A program made the translations under genes and the position numbers. DNA of 63,621 nucleotides, the filler included. It is 6 parts of 6 records of this genome, joined end to end, with 100 filler letters (N's around TTAATTAATTAA, not from the genome) between each part and the next. Parts side by side here need not be neighbours in the genome. Positions count along the whole stretch, not along the records: positions 1 to 11,930 come from DRR378314_1286; positions 12,031 to 23,394 come from DRR378314_1287; positions 23,495 to 29,229 come from DRR378314_1288; 3 more parts are not named here. One strand, given 5' to 3'. The notes below the pieces were generated by a model. It did no database searches, was not told where the DNA came from, and saw nothing but the letters and a program-made list of their open reading frames with translations. Positions 10,375 to 23,525 of the stretch are shown here, in pieces (the first letter of the stretch is position 1; each line of letters starts with the position of its first letter).

Positions 10375-11930
10375 CGCACCTCCATGCCGGGCTGGGCACC
10401 GTCGTCCGGGCTGAGCAGGAAGATGTCATCGCCGCCGGGGCCGGCGGCCAGCACCATGCCTTCGGAAACGCCAAACTTCATCTTGCGCGGCGCCAGGTTG
10501 GACACCAGCACCACCATGCGGCCTTCCAGGTCTTCCGGGCGGTATTTGCTTTTGATGCCGGCGAACACATTGCGCTCGCCCAGTTCGCCCACGTCCAGGG
10601 TCAGCTGCAGCAGTTTGTCGGCACCTTCCACCGGCGCCGCCTTGGCGATGCGGGCGGCGCGCAACTTGACCTTGAGGAAGTCGTCGATGGTGATGGTGTC
10701 GTCTTCCTCCTCGGGCGTGTCCTGGGCCGCCGCTTCCCCGGCGGAGGCCGCCGGGTTGGTGTCGCGGGAATCGGCCAGCATCGCTTCGATGTGCGCCATG
10801 TCCACCCGTGACAGCAGCGGCTTGAACTTGTTGATCGGGTGGTCGAGCAACAGGGTGCCGGCGTCCGCCCAGGTCAGCGGCGGGATATCCAGGAAGGCCT
10901 CGGCGCGTTCCGCCAGACCCGGCAGTACCGGTTTCAGGTACAGCACCAGCAGGCGGAATACGTTCAGCGCGGTGGTACAGATCGCCAGCACTTCCTGTTC
11001 CTTGCCGTCCTCTTTGGCCAGGCTCCAGGGCGCCTTGTCGGCGATGTAGCCGTTGGCGTGGTCCGCCAGGCTCATGATCTCGCGCATCGCCTTGCTGAAT
11101 TCACGCTGTTCGTAGAAGGCGGCGATGCGGCTCGCCGCTTCCTGGGCTTCGCGGGCCAGCAGCGGGTTGTCCAGATCGTCGCCGAGCCGGCCGCCGAATT
11201 TCTTGACGAAGTTGCCGGTGCGGCTGGCGATGTTGACCACCTTGCCGACCAGATCCGTGTTCACGCGCTGGGCGAAGTCTTCCAGGTTGAGGTCGAAATC
11301 ATCCACCCGGCTGTTCAGCTTGGCGGCGAAGTAGTAGCGCAGATACTCCGGATCCAGATGATCCAAGTAGGTGCGCGCCATGATGAAGGTGCCCCGGGAT
11401 TTGGACATCTTGGCGCCGTTCACGGTGACGAAGCCGTGGCTGAAGATGGCGGTGGGTTTGCGCAGGCCGGCGCCGTCGAGCATGGCCGGCCAGAACAGAC
11501 CGTGGAAATTGATGATGTCCTTACCAATGAAGTGGTACAGCTCGGCGTCGGAATCCGCTTTCCAGTAGTCGTCGAAGTTGATGCCTTCGCGCTCGCAAAG
11601 ATTCTGGAAGCTGGCCATGTAGCCCACCGGCGCGTCCATCCACACGTAGAAATACTTACCGGGATAGCCGGGGATTTCGAAGCCGAAGTAGGGCGCTTCC
11701 CGGGAGATGTCCCAGGGCTGCAGGTCTTCCATCCACTCCTGCAGCTTGTTGGCCACGCCTTCCTGCAGCGAGCCGGAACGGGTCCATTCACGCAGCAGCG
11801 GCTCGAACTTGGGCAGGTCGAAGAACAGCTGGGTGGTTTCTTTCTCCACCGGGGTGGCGCCGCTCACCGCGGAGTAGGGGTCGATCAGCTCCGACGGCGA
11901 ATAGGTGGCGCCGCAGGCCTCGCAGTTGTC
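10371..11930 (-). CDS. metG: Methionine--tRNA ligase, 5'-truncated by contig end
   Basis: [19 protein letters not shown]-terminal tRNA-binding domain ([12 protein letters not shown]). Confidence 0.97.
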   Translation of the reverse strand, partial: DNCEACGATYSPSELIDPYSAVSGATPVEKETTQLFFDLPKFEPLLREWTRSGSLQEGVANKLQEWMEDLQPWDISREAPYFGFEIPGYPGKYFYVWMDAPVGYMASFQNLCEREGINFDDYWKADSDAELYHFIGKDIINFHGLFWPAMLDGAGLRKPTAIFSHGFVTVNGAKMSKSRGTFIMARTYLDHLDPEYLRYYFAAKLNSRVDDFDLNLEDFAQRVNTDLVGKVVNIASRTGNFVKKFGGRLGDDLDNPLLAREAQEAASRIAAFYEQREFSKAMREIMSLADHANGYIADKAPWSLAKEDGKEQEVLAICTTALNVFRLLVLYLKPVLPGLAERAEAFLDIPPLTWADAGTLLLDHPINKFKPLLSRVDMAHIEAMLADSRDTNPAASAGEAAAQDTPEEEDDTITIDDFLKVKLRAARIAKAAPVEGADKLLQLTLDVGELGERNVFAGIKSKYRPEDLEGRMVVLVSNLAPRKMKFGVSEGMVLAAGPGGDDIFLLSPDDGAQPGMEVR

Positions 11931-12030
11931 NNNNNNNNNNNNNNNNNNNNNNNNNNNNNNNNNNNNNNNNNNNNTTAATTAATTAANNNNNNNNNNNNNN
12001 NNNNNNNNNNNNNNNNNNNNNNNNNNNNNN
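11931..12030. other. Artificial contig spacer
   Basis: Ns flanking TTAATTAATTAA (stops in all frames); composition changes across it. Confidence 0.97.
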
Positions 12031-14025
12031 GGGCACAGATTTCCACTGCGGCGTGTAGGCGTTGTGAAGGACGGTGTGTGCGGAAGGTGGTGGCTGTGGC
12101 TGCCCTGCCAGAAACACATCGTCTCCCGCGCTGGTCTCGGTCGGTCTGTTGCGGCCAATTTGGCTGTGCCCCTTCGTTCGAGCTGCGGCGGGTGGCCGCG
12201 GCCCGAATACGGACCAGCCTCTCGCTGACGAAAAGCGAAGGCGCAGTGGGACGATCGGAACAATTGCTAGCCTGGTGCCCATGACACGGGTTTCCATAGC
12301 TGCGCACTGCATGGTTCGGATTCTAGGCTGCTTCCAAGGTGTAAAAGAGCGCGCTTTGAAGCAAACGAAGAGAATTTGATGCGGCGGGTTCTTTCGCTGG
12401 CGCCATTTGGCGCTTCCGTCTGGCAAACGCCGCGCCTCTGCGCGAGCCTCAGGCGTGCCCTGTAGTCCAAACAGCTCTGCTGTGTCCTCCAACACACCTG
12501 TCGCGTCGTTCGCCAGGGTATCAAGAAGATTTGCCGTTCAATTTCGTTGGATGCAATGGTATAAGAGATAAAGTAGTTTCTTTCTTGAGAAGTTGTGTCG
12601 CGTGCGATCGGTTGTGCGTGCAACTGCCACCGGAGAGTTGTGCTGTCCGCGCTCAGCCACAGAGCGCGCGCGAAGCTGAAATGTGCCAGGGGCCGTCGAA
12701 GCCGCATGCGGGTAGTGTTCACGGCCTGGGCGGCTGAATCGCCTCTCCGTTGCCTTCCAGCGCCTGCGGAAGCTTCGTCCACGCACCCAGATTCTCCCCT
12801 TCCTCTACGGGTGAAGAAAGATACATTGTAGGCGAGCTGTTTGAGCGCGTGTCCTCGTAAACTACGGCATGGCAGCCGTTGGTCGCAACGGCTTTGCACG
12901 TGTTGAAAAAGGGAGCCGTGCGCAGGAACCGGCTCGTACCGAGGCGGGCTTTCTTGCTACCCAGGGGGGCCCCGGCGAGCCTTGCAGTCCCGGGCGTCAC
13001 CTGCGAGCGGCTTTTGGCGCGAGGCGCCTGTTGCCCAGGGCGCGCAACCTGAAAGCTTGTGGGCGGGGCGGCGCATTTGCATGGAAAGGCAGAATCCCTT
13101 CCCGTAGCGATTGCTGTTTGCAGCGCACCGTGAGTGCCCCTCAAATGGGATCCGCTGGGAGGCACTCGGCTTCACGGTGTGTCCACGTGGTGCGCCACGG
13201 CAGGCTGCGCGTGCGCGAACGGAATCTTCTCCCCCCCTGTCCAGCAAGGTTGCAGGCTCCTGGGCTTCACGGACGCCGCGTTGCTGAGCCTGACGCCTGC
13301 TTTCTTTTCCACTGCTTCGTACGCGGGCGAACGCACACCAGACGATATCAGCTTGCATGTCTAGTACAATGTGGTGGGAGCGACACACAGGTAGTGTCTT
13401 GCGCACTTGCTTGCCGGTTGTGCGCTCGCAGGCGAGCGACACTTGCGCAGTGGCGCGGCACCTGCGGTGTTAACGCACGGGATCTCCAGTTGCCAGGGGG
13501 GCATTTGCGGAGCGCTTCCTCTTCGCAGCGACTCGCAAGGTTCTGTCCCACGCGTGCCACATTGTTCACGATGCTCTCATTGAAAGTGAGCGGATGTGCA
13601 TGTGCCTGTGTTTTACATGCGTTGTGTGCAATATTTTCCTCGCTGGCGAAATTCTGAACCAGGCAGTGGGCCCTTGTAGGCCTTGCGCTGACGTGCTTGC
13701 TGACGTGCTGGCTGTGAATCAGCCACGGGGGCTGGAACGCCCGCGAAATACGTCGCGCTTGATTCCCCCCTCCTCCAAGCACAGCGTGAGCTAAACAACC
13801 CGCTTTTCTGCAAGTTTCCGGGTCGATAGTTGCTATTGCTCGCGAAGCAGCGCGCCCGCGAGAAGCGTTTCGTGGTAGGCGATTTTCTCCCACGCTGGCG
13901 GAGCGCAAGGATACTGTTGTTGCGGATCTGGCGATACAAAGAGTGGCCGGGATATGGCTTTCCTCACGCTTTCTTTCGCGTGTTAATTTTTGCACCAATT
14001 TTTCTTTTTGATTGATGCTGTGCAG

Positions 14026-17000
14026 GTATACGCCCAGCTGTTGCTGCGGCGCCGCGCGCGGGCTTGCATGCCCCTGCCCCTCGCCGTCCTTTGGGTTCCA
14101 CAGCGGAGCTGGCAGAGGAGAAAGCCACCCCGTCCTCTCTGTGGCAAAGTGATGCGCTGACCGCGTGTGAAGCGACAACGCCTCCTCAGCGGGGATATCC
14201 TATGATGGCACCTATGCAATCTGCGTCCATGTCGCCATTGTACCAGATTGCCACGTCCGTTCCACAGTACCGCTACCCTGGAGTCTACTACCACGTACCA
14301 CAACCGCCGTCGCGCTTGCAGCAGGCAAGCATGCAGAGCGATGGGACTTCGAGCGCCGCATACTCGCGCGTGGCACCGTCGCACGAGACGGGCTCATCTG
14401 TGGAAGCCGCGCCAGCGCCGAAGCGCCAGCGTTTGCCAAGCCCAACGATGGGATCGTCTCTCCAAGCAACACCGCTGTCGTCAGCGAAGTATGAGGCGCC
14501 GCATTCGGAGGTCAGTGGGCAGTGCCTCTCATTTTCTGTGCTCGGTCGTTTCGTGTTGCAAGCCTGGCGTTCCCGTTTAGTTGCAGCGGCGACCTCCCCC
14601 CCCTTGCGCATTGTTGCTAGGTTACTTTCTTCGTGTCTTACCAGCACCTGTTTTTACATTTCAAAGCTCCGAGGCATTTCATGGAGCATGTGTGACGTGC
14701 GCAAAGAAACTAAGATCATCTTCATTGCGGCCTGTATACCTTTTCTGAGCCTCTGTGTGTGCACGCGCGCGGGGAAGTGCTGGCGGCTCACGCGTGCAAA
14801 CGGTTCTGGTGCGCGCCCCCCGGGCGACTTGCACGCCCGTGCAATACTTCCCGTGCACGAATAGGCTACTCCGGAAAGCGAGACGCGAACTGCCCACGCA
14901 TCTTCGCACCATTACGGATTCTATGATATGCGATCGGTCGAGCACGCACACATTCACGGAATGCGCGCACAAAGCCACGCTTCCGCTCCTTATGGTATGG
15001 TTTTTTGCTGCTGCGGCAAGCGTTGCTCTGTTTTTGTTTGTTTGTTTTGTTTTCGTAGCAATGCGTGCAGGTCGGTCACCTCGGCTTCCCCCCTCCCTGC
15101 CCGCTCTTTGCGACGCTCGACAGCCGTCAGACTCGAGTCTGCCTCTGCACGCTGCTCTTCGTATTATTATTTATTTGACCCGCAATTGTTGATCGTGCTG
15201 CCAGTGGAGCTACATCGTGCTGTCTCATAGTTTGTCTGCTGTTATTGCTGCGCTGTGTATCGCAACGATGGATTGCATATGCAACGCGTGTTCTGCATCC
15301 ATGCGGCTTTGTGCAGCTGCTCCGCAATGGAAGCACAAACCTTTGTCGAGGGGGAAACGTTTGTGCTCGCCTGCCGCTGGTAGGCCCGCCCGCGCGAGGA
15401 GATTGAGTGTGAAGAAGTTAGAAATGCGCGCGTGTTTCTTTCATACTTCTGTCCTCTCTGTGCGCGTTGTGCGATAAATGCTGCTTGTGCTCGGGCTCTT
15501 CTAAGCATTTCGCTATTTCTGCTTCCCTTGCTCCCTGCGCCCTGCGCTGTGCAGGAATGTACTTTCCTGGATCGGGCCCGCGCATGGCAGAGCCGGCGAA
15601 CGCGGTATTTGCGTATCCACAGCCGAGCGGTGGACACTCTTCGTACTACGGTCTTCCAGGCGTTCCTTCAGGGTATCCGATGATGCATCCCCGCGATATG
15701 CCTGGGGCGGCGCCCGGCAGCGCGCGAGTTCCTATGGGGGCGCCGAAGCTTGCGAGCGAGCGTACTCCTACGGAGCAGACGGCAGCGAGCCTTTCCTCGG
15801 GTGCGTCTCGCTCAGCTAAGCTCGCGCTGCGCATCAGGCGCAGACAGCACGGCGGCATCCTCGTCCCCGAAAATGTCCGCTGGCATTTCAGGGTTTGTGT
15901 AAGAAGCCCTGCGTATAATTTTCTTGTATTGCAATGGGAGCGTGGGCAAAGCGGCGAAGTTTTTCCGACACGCCCGCAAAGCTTGGCGCTTGTTGAACGC
16001 CTTGGCGGTGCCCCTATCCCCGGCACGTCCCGAATTGGAATGGTGCAGCATCGCTGTTGCCCTATTGCAGCTGATTGAGGTGACAGCGTCGTACTTTTGC
16101 GGATCTTTTTACTACTACTCTATTTGCTGGTCGTTAACCGTGGCTGTCCCTATGGATTGCTACCTGCGTGATCCTTATTCGTACGTTTTGCAGGCGGAAA
16201 GTCGCACAGTGGTGTACAGGCTTCAACCGCGTCGAGCGGCTCGAGTGAGCTCAACGGGCGAGCACCTCTCTCGGATACACATCCTCATGTCACCATCCAG
16301 TGGCACCCGAGCAAGAACAAGGGCTTGCGCGATCGTCGTGGCGCCCTACTCACGCCTGATTTGGTGTCAGCGGGGAGCCAGCGACGTGTGTGGTGGCTGT
16401 GTGAGTACGGCCACGAGTGGGAAGCACGGATCAACCATCGGACGAACGCGCGCGAGCCGCGCGGCTGCCCAACGTGCGCAGGCAAGCGCCGCCGGGACGA
16501 GACGCTCACGAAGACTCATCCAGAGATTGCCGCCGAGTGGGATACGGAAAGGAATGCGAACATAACAGACAGATGGGGGAAGCCAGTCGGTCCCGACAAT
16601 GTAACGGCGGGATCGGGCCGCCGCGTATGGTGGTTATGCAGCCAGTCGCATAGCTGGGAGTGCACTGTGTACCACCGCACTGCTCGGCGAAATCCGCGCA
16701 CGTACGTTTGCCGCGCGATTGTGCGCTAGCCACAAGCTGGAGAAGCAAAGACGTGTTCCACTGGATGCGTTGCTGCAAAGTCTGGTAGGGTTTTGCTTCT
16801 TTCATTCCTTCTTCGTTTCGTTCTTTCTTTCTTATATAGGTAGCACCGGGCTTCGCCATGGTCGTGCCGGCGCTGCTTGTCGTTCTGCATTGTGCCAGTC
16901 TTTCCTGGTCCCACCAGCAAACCGCTTCGTTGTGCACCACTCGCGCGCGTTTGCTCACACACAGGATTCGGTGATTCACCGCTGCGGCTGGCCTGCTGCG

Positions 17001-17078
17001 TGTAGGTGCCCCTTTTGCCGGCTGAACCGGCGCGCGGACGAGTTTGACGCGGTTCTGTGCCAGACAACGGACTCGTAA
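14026..17078 (+). CDS. Spliced eukaryotic gene: low-complexity Pro/Ser/Ala N-terminus plus two DUF4379-type zinc-ribbon domains (5' end unresolved)
   Basis: In-phase GT-AG exons 14026-14510, 14865-14994, 15555-15800, 16194-16701, 17006-17078; motifs THPHVTIQWHPSKN...SAGSQRRVWWLCEYGHEW...GCPTC and THPEIAAEWDTERN...TAGSGRRVWWLCSQSHSW...TCPFC. Confidence 0.78.
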
Positions 17079-17430
17079 GCAAATTAGCCACGATGCTCCG
17101 TTGCCGCGCAACTTCTTCGACGAGCTGTCGACCTGTAGGCAGATCTATATTTTTTTGCAGAGAAAGTAATAATAAATTCCTTTCTACGAATCTTCCGCTG
17201 CACCGTGATTGGCCGGGACTTGTGCGCTAAATTAAGAATGTATTGGTGAGCGTCCGCAGTGACGCCTTCCTTTGCAAAGCAAGCTGTTCCATTGCACAAC
17301 AGTGCCGCCAAAGGCAGCTCAGGCGGGCACACGCGGCCCCGCGCCTTGCGCTTGCGGGAGCTGCGTCGACGCGCAAGGTCTCACGTAGCGCCTGTCCCTG
17401 GCCCGCCCCTCTGCTGCAAACGCGTCGCTA

Positions 17431-19734
17431 TCAGAACTGCTCGAGCCACTCCGTAAGATACGCGCACGACTCGGGGCAAACGACGCCGCCCGGTCGGCAC
17501 TTGTGCGACACTGGGCACACACTGCAGGGAGCGTCAGTGTACGCATTGGTGAACGGGAGGCTGAACACGCGCAGCTCGTACAAGACTTCCGACCCACGTT
17601 TTGTCTGCATCCGGAAAATGAAACCAGAGGATCGCCCGTTGCAAGTAAGATCTCTGCAAATCCTGGGCGCACTCGTGCCAAAAGATCGCCTCAGCCTCGC
17701 ACACGGCTCTCCTTAGTCACGCCTGACGGTCGCCTGGCAGCGCAAGGAGCACCATTTCGGCTCTTGCAAGCGCGTACCTTCCAGAGAGCGCCCTCCTGCG
17801 CTACGGCATCGAGCATGTTCGCCACTTCCTCCTTTGTCGTGTGGTCTTTTGCCACTCCAGCCTCACGCGTGTGTTGATAAATCTCAGCAGCACTCGCTGC
17901 AGAGTTCTGTGTTGGGAACAGGGACAGCGCGATGGTGTACAATAACGTCAGAGCACGCGACGACGATGGCCATCTATACGCCCTCAGATAACCGGAGTCC
18001 TCGTGTCCGCTTCCTGCTGCGCGCCGTGGGGGCGGCTCTACAGCAAAAAAACTCGTGGAAGCACATGCGCTCTTTCCCTCGCCTAATCGCTTGTCTTGAA
18101 ACGCATGACACAGCTGCGCACACGACCAGAATGCTCTGAATCGGCATGTGGACACTCATTTCAACTCAGTAGCGTGTCGTCCAGCTCTCTAGCATTCGAA
18201 TGAAAACAGACGGCTTGCCAATCGTCAAGAAGGACGAGGAAATCGTACCCGCATCGTAAGAAAGTTCATGGCGCACTCCTCCATCGATGAGTGATATATG
18301 TCATCGAACAACCCCGTCTCGCGATCATAAAATGAGCCGCCCGTAATCTCACGGGAAGGTTCGAGGTGGAACAGCATATACAGTTTCTTGTTCTTGTTCT
18401 GCAAATCGCCACGCGCAGGAGCACAGGAATCGCGACAGAACTCAGGCGAGCGCGACGCGTCGAGATAGCAGCAGCTTGCCAAGAGCCGTTTCGCTCCGAA
18501 TCGCAGCAGCTGACGGACACGTCGCGATGGTGTCGAGTACATAGATATACGTACATTGATGGACTTGACTGCTTTGATCAGGCTGCGACCTTCGAGCAGC
18601 TTCAGAGCCTTTGTGACAATCGAGTTCTGCAGCCCGGTTCGAAGGCGAAGGTCGCGCACCCATATCCCTGTGCAACACGAACGACACGGGGAAAGCAAGG
18701 CCAGGTGAGATCGGCAGCTTTCGAGCGCACAGGACTCTCATTGGTACATGTACGTCTAAACCATCACTCTGTCATTGTGATGTGAGGCATAGGTAGCCAC
18801 GAACCGTTATTTGCCGCCGTTTCAACCGCGTAGTACACGACTTTCTCCTCGCTGCTTAACTCGCTTAGCCTGAGCGCAGCGCGTGCGCGTCAGCACAAAC
18901 GGGAAGAACGCCAACCAAACGGCACGGCAGCAAAAACCAGGAGTGAGATTTCCATCGACAAGTGTCAGCACACATTTTCAAAGTACACGCATATTAAGAG
19001 GCTTGTGAGCGAAGCAGGAAGTTCGACACTACAAAAGCGCACCTTCGAGCCAGTTCCTCGGAAACGAGGCGGAAACACAAGCCCGCCTGGTCGCGATACA
19101 TGTCCAGCCTGCCGGCCTGCAGCAGCGTGTTCACGGCGCGAAGCACATCTTCGCGCGGAGCTCCCACCGTTTCGCTCGTCAGGTCTTCTTGCGAAACGAT
19201 ATTCTACAAAAGCGCCAGGAGAAACAGAAATAAACGATGGTAAATGCTCGAATATTTACGACGCAAAAGATTTTTTCCAGGACATGCACCAAGAATTATG
19301 CATCAGAGGGATTGCGCTCGGCAGCGCCCGCACTCGCTCCACGCGCACAGACGGCTCCAAGACACCAAACACAGCAGTGTCAGTCGCGCCGAAACGCTAA
19401 TCCAGTTCTTTGCACTCGCACCAAATCTCTGCAAACTAATCAAATCCTTTCGGATGATGTGTAAAGTATCGACGCGAAACAGTGGCAGCGAAGCGTGCCC
19501 GCGCTTGTCAACACGCAAGGGAACGCGAGCGCACGAGCCGGGAACGGGAAAGCGGAAGCCGAAGGAAGCGCTCGAGCGCATGTCTGAGCCTTGCTGCATC
19601 TGCACTCCTGCGCGGGAAACTTCTTCCCTTTTGTCTATTTCTGGCAGCCACCACAAACGTACTGTATTCTTCTGTTTGAACAATGCTAAGATTGCGCGCT
19701 CAGCAGCGCTATCGGCTGTCATCCCGTCGGCCAT
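17431..19734 (-). CDS. POLR3F: RNA polymerase III subunit RPC34/RPC6, 7 exons
   Basis: Exons 19663-19734, 19043-19203, 18805-18869, 18555-18667, 18249-18398, 17778-17906, 17431-17604 splice in frame; GIWVRDLR...KALKLLEGRSLIKAVKS...KKLYMLFHLEPSREITGG; C-terminal PCSVCPVSHKC...PESCAYLTEWL. Confidence 0.92.
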
Positions 19735-20298
19735 TGCTGTCACTCACTTGCGCGCGGCAACAGTGCCAGCGGTATGGCTGCAGCCCCAAGAGTCGCAGTG
19801 GCCCTGCCAGTCTCGCGCGAGCACGAGCAAAGTTCCAAACGAAGCAATGTTGTGATACAATCGAGAAATGCTTCTGTTGATCCTTTGATCTATTGCGGTA
19901 GAACAAGTCCTGTGCGCGCGAGCGCGCTGCCTATCCCTCCTCGGCAACGGAGGCGCTCGCGCAAACACGTGCACGCAGACAAAGTTTGGGCAGTCGCAGC
20001 AGAGCACCGCGCTCCCGCTCACAAGGACGAATGCAGGCAAACCCTGCCCTACTGCCTCCTACAGCGTGATTTATCCACTAGTGTTCACGGCCGGTATATT
20101 GCTGGAACATATGTTACAGGGTTTCTCTCACGTCCCCCTATTGTGCTGCAAGACGCGCCATGCCCGCAGGCCTCGGGCTGCTGAGCAATCACGCGAGTTC
20201 TCGCAAGCACAGCAACGCTGCTGGAGCAACCGGCGTGCTGTCTGCAGGAGCCGCACCTCACGCTGCTGGGCTCTTAGCCGCGTACCATACCGCAAGTC

Positions 20299-21856
20299 AT
20301 GCGTGCGCTCAAGTACCATGAGCAGAAACTGCTCAAAAAGGTATTGTTGAAGGGCTCGCGCCGCGGCCAGTTTCCTTGTTTGCTTGCCTTGCTCGTCGCT
20401 GGCCACGCAGCACTGCGCCGTGTTTGCACACAGAGGCATACGTGGGGGGTATGCGCTGCGAGTGCTACTCGTGGCTTCCACCTCCTTCGGCCCAGCGCGC
20501 CTCTCGTTTCCTAAAGTGCAAGGCCTGGCCCTATTCGTTGGTTTGTTTGGGATGTTCTGCAGGTTGATTTCTTGAACTGGAAACGGGAAGATAACTTGCG
20601 CGAGGTGAAGATATTGCGTCGCTATCACGTACAGGATCGCGAGGACTACCGCAAGTTGCGTACGCGTGTGGCTCGCACCTATCCGAATCGACTCTCCTCT
20701 GCGCGTGTGGGCTCAGCGTCGCAAGTTCTGCTGATGCCGCCATGCGATGGGTTGGATTACCGGAGTATGGTTGCTATATCCACGGCATGACCGTATGGAA
20801 CTTGTTTGCACTCGTCTGCCGCAGCCACACCTGTGGCCGCGAGGCTGAAGCTATGGTGCTTGACCGCGCGCTGGCGTGTACGCGAGCCGTGTTAGCCACG
20901 CTTCCCCGTGCCGTCGCGCTCTGACGTCCAGTGCTCGCTCGTCGGTCCTTGGACAATACAGGTACAATAAGATCGTAGGCATGGTCTCCAAAATGGTTAC
21001 GATGTTGAAGAAACTCAGTGCGAATGACGAATTCCGAAGCGAGCACACCGAGCTGCTGCTTGAGAAAATGTACGCCCCGCACGTGTCGCTCCACAGTGCA
21101 CCGGTCGGCGACATAGCTTGTCTTGCTTTTGACTGCGTGACGCCGTGCTGGATGTATACACGTCTGACCGTCCGGCAATGCACGTGCCCGCCGTGCAATT
21201 CCTCGCAGGTACAACATGGGGATCATATCATCAAAGAAAGGACTCTCCGTGTGCGACAAAGTTTCTGCCTCATCGTTTTGCAGGTATCGTGCACGCTGGC
21301 CTGACACATGTCCCGCGGTGCTACCCGCAAACGCCCTCGGCGACTTTCGATGTGTGTGCGCGGTAGAGTGGACGCGCGTGCACGTGCTGCTGTTTGCGGC
21401 CCTCTGTCTTGCGTTCGCATTCTTTTTTTGAGGTGTTACCACTACTTTTCTCCCTTGATACTCCAGGCGGAGACTTCCGGTCGTACTCGTGCGCCTCAAA
21501 TTCGCGGAGACGCTGCGAGAGGCCGTTGCATTTGTGGAGCAAGGTACGCGCTGCTAATGCTGAAGCCTTCGTGCACGTGCGTGTTGTCGCGGTCTCTTGC
21601 TTCTTCATCGTCCGCGGAGCGCTTCCCTCTCCTACTGTGTCCCGCTTCGTGTAACCCGGAAGGAATGTGCGGCGTTTGTCTGCGTCGTACTCGGTGTTTC
21701 TCAGGCCATATACGCGTGGGTCCCGAGGTTGTGACGGACCCTGCGTTCCTGGTGACCCGGAATATGGAGGACTATATCACCTGGGTTGATTCGTCCAAGA
21801 TCAAACGCAAGGTGATGAAGTACAACGACAAGCTCGACGACTATGATCTTCTGTAG
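20299..21856 (+). CDS. IMP3: U3 snoRNP protein IMP3, 6 exons
   Basis: Spliced [21 protein letters not shown]...|...SSFCR|RRLPVV...|[36 protein letters not shown]. Confidence 0.95.
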
Positions 21857-21948
21857 TTACTCAACGTATGTATTGCACGATTGTATAGTGTGTACGAGAA
21901 TTGTGGAAGTGTACAATGAATGGATACAGTAGCGCCTGCCGTGGCACA

Positions 21949-23336
21949 CTATGCGCCGGTGCCAGACTCCGGCTTGGCGCGCTCGACTGCTGCGCCATTG
22001 TCTTCCGCGTCCGTGCGCACTGCGGTGATGGTCTCTACGTCCAGTCGAAAAGGCCCCTCTTTGCGGTCCATAAGAGCGATGCCGAGGGCAGTCACCTTGC
22101 CTGCATTCAGTTTTCCTATCGGTCCAGGCATTCGCAAAGGGTACAAGATGAGCAGCATTCGTATAGGATCATGCTATCGCTCCTGCAGCCCAAGCCTGGA
22201 CCTCCGCACGCAGTGGAGCGCCCAGGACGACGTGCAACGCCCGCAAGGCGACACACGGCCAATGGCGCACCTTCTGGCTGCACAAACCCGTTGTGAGTCT
22301 GCACAAAATCGCGAAACGGAATCTGCACGGTACAAACCACGGAGCGATGAATATGACCATTTCGCTGCACCGGATAACGAACGGAAGAAACGGCTGTTTG
22401 GTAACGCGAGCCTGTAGCGCGAAGAACGTGGAGTGCGCGCATACCCGAACTGTTGTCCACTTGTCGCTGTCCGTGTACATGAACGCCTGGAACAGGCTCC
22501 AGCCGTCGAGGAACCAGCTGTCGCAGTGCAAGTTACAAACGTAAGTTCGTCCGTCGCCGCGCACTCGTAGATCAATAGCGTCGAATTCGTCAAGGTCGAG
22601 TACGTTGCTCTCCTGCACAAGCAAGCGCGCGTCACGCGCGGTCGGGAAACGCGGCGAAGCGTTGGCTTGCGGTTGTTGCGACGCGGTGCAGCTGCGGGAA
22701 ACGGACCGCAGCGCGCTGGCGCAGCTAGCGCTGTAGGTCGCTTTCTTGCTCGGCACTTCCCGAAACTCAACGTACGGTCTTGAACATTGCGGACGCAAAA
22801 CCACTTCGCTTCATCTTGCCAGTGCATGCCAACGACATATGGCCGTGAAATCGAGCTGCGAGCGGGCGACCACGGCGGTAAAGAATACGCACTGATCAGG
22901 AGCAGAGCTGCATTGCGTGCGTGCATGCGCAGCGGAGAACGCTCCGGCAAGCCACGCCGGCTGTGATTGTAAAGGAGACTGCCCTTTCTTCCCGTCCTCG
23001 GTCGCTGCGCCAGAGTCTACGCGTATGATCACTATCATTTTAGAACGTATGGAACGCACCTGCACCGGACACAGACTCGAAATGCGCGGTGGAAAAACCT
23101 GCGCGCTCGCGCGAAACAAACACACACGTGTGGGCCTGGATGAGTGCACATATGAGCACGAGCGCGCCGCAGGGGCAAGAAGCGCCTGTCAAGGAGACTC
23201 TCATGCACGGACCCTTTCTTCAGCGTACCTCCTACTTGCCTGTCCGTAATAACATGCCATTGTTCCAAAACTTGCGGAGTTTTGCCAAAGTTGAAGAGGG
23301 GTCGCGCGGCATCGCGTTCAACGCTAAGCGAAAGCG
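21949..23336 (-). CDS. NDUFAF1: Complex I intermediate-associated protein CIA30/NDUFAF1 family, spliced, 5' incomplete
   Basis: Exon peptides PLFNF...WHVITDRQVGG, GFSTAHF, ARFHGHMS...RSGFAS, LRVRGDGRTYVCNL, WTTVR|IPFRDFV, ALGIALMDRKEGPFRLDV. Confidence 0.85.
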
Positions 23337-23394
23337 CTGTAGAAGGAGCGCAGGAAGCACAGTGAGGAGATGCGCAGTCAGGTTCAGAAATCAC

Positions 23395-23494
23395 NNNNNN
23401 NNNNNNNNNNNNNNNNNNNNNNNNNNNNNNNNNNNNNNTTAATTAATTAANNNNNNNNNNNNNNNNNNNNNNNNNNNNNNNNNNNNNNNNNNNN
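23395..23494. other. Artificial contig spacer
   Basis: Ns plus TTAATTAATTAA. Confidence 0.97.
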
Positions 23495-23519
23495 TTTCGC
23501 TTGCAAGCAAGCTCCCACA
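23495..23519 (-). repeat. REP-like palindrome, copy 1 (at contig end)
   Basis: Minus strand reads TGTGGGA-GCTTGC-TT-GCAAGC-GAAA; near-identical copy at 28646. Confidence 0.7.
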
Positions 23520-23525
23520 AGTCGC

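Noticed and set aside
11931-12030. TTAATTAATTAA palindrome recurring five times
   Set aside because: Always centred in a 100-nt N block, so it is an assembly or concatenation linker, not biology
12031-14025. Possible further exons or a minus-strand gene in the eukaryotic contig
   Set aside because: I could not build a consistent spliced model or recognise a domain
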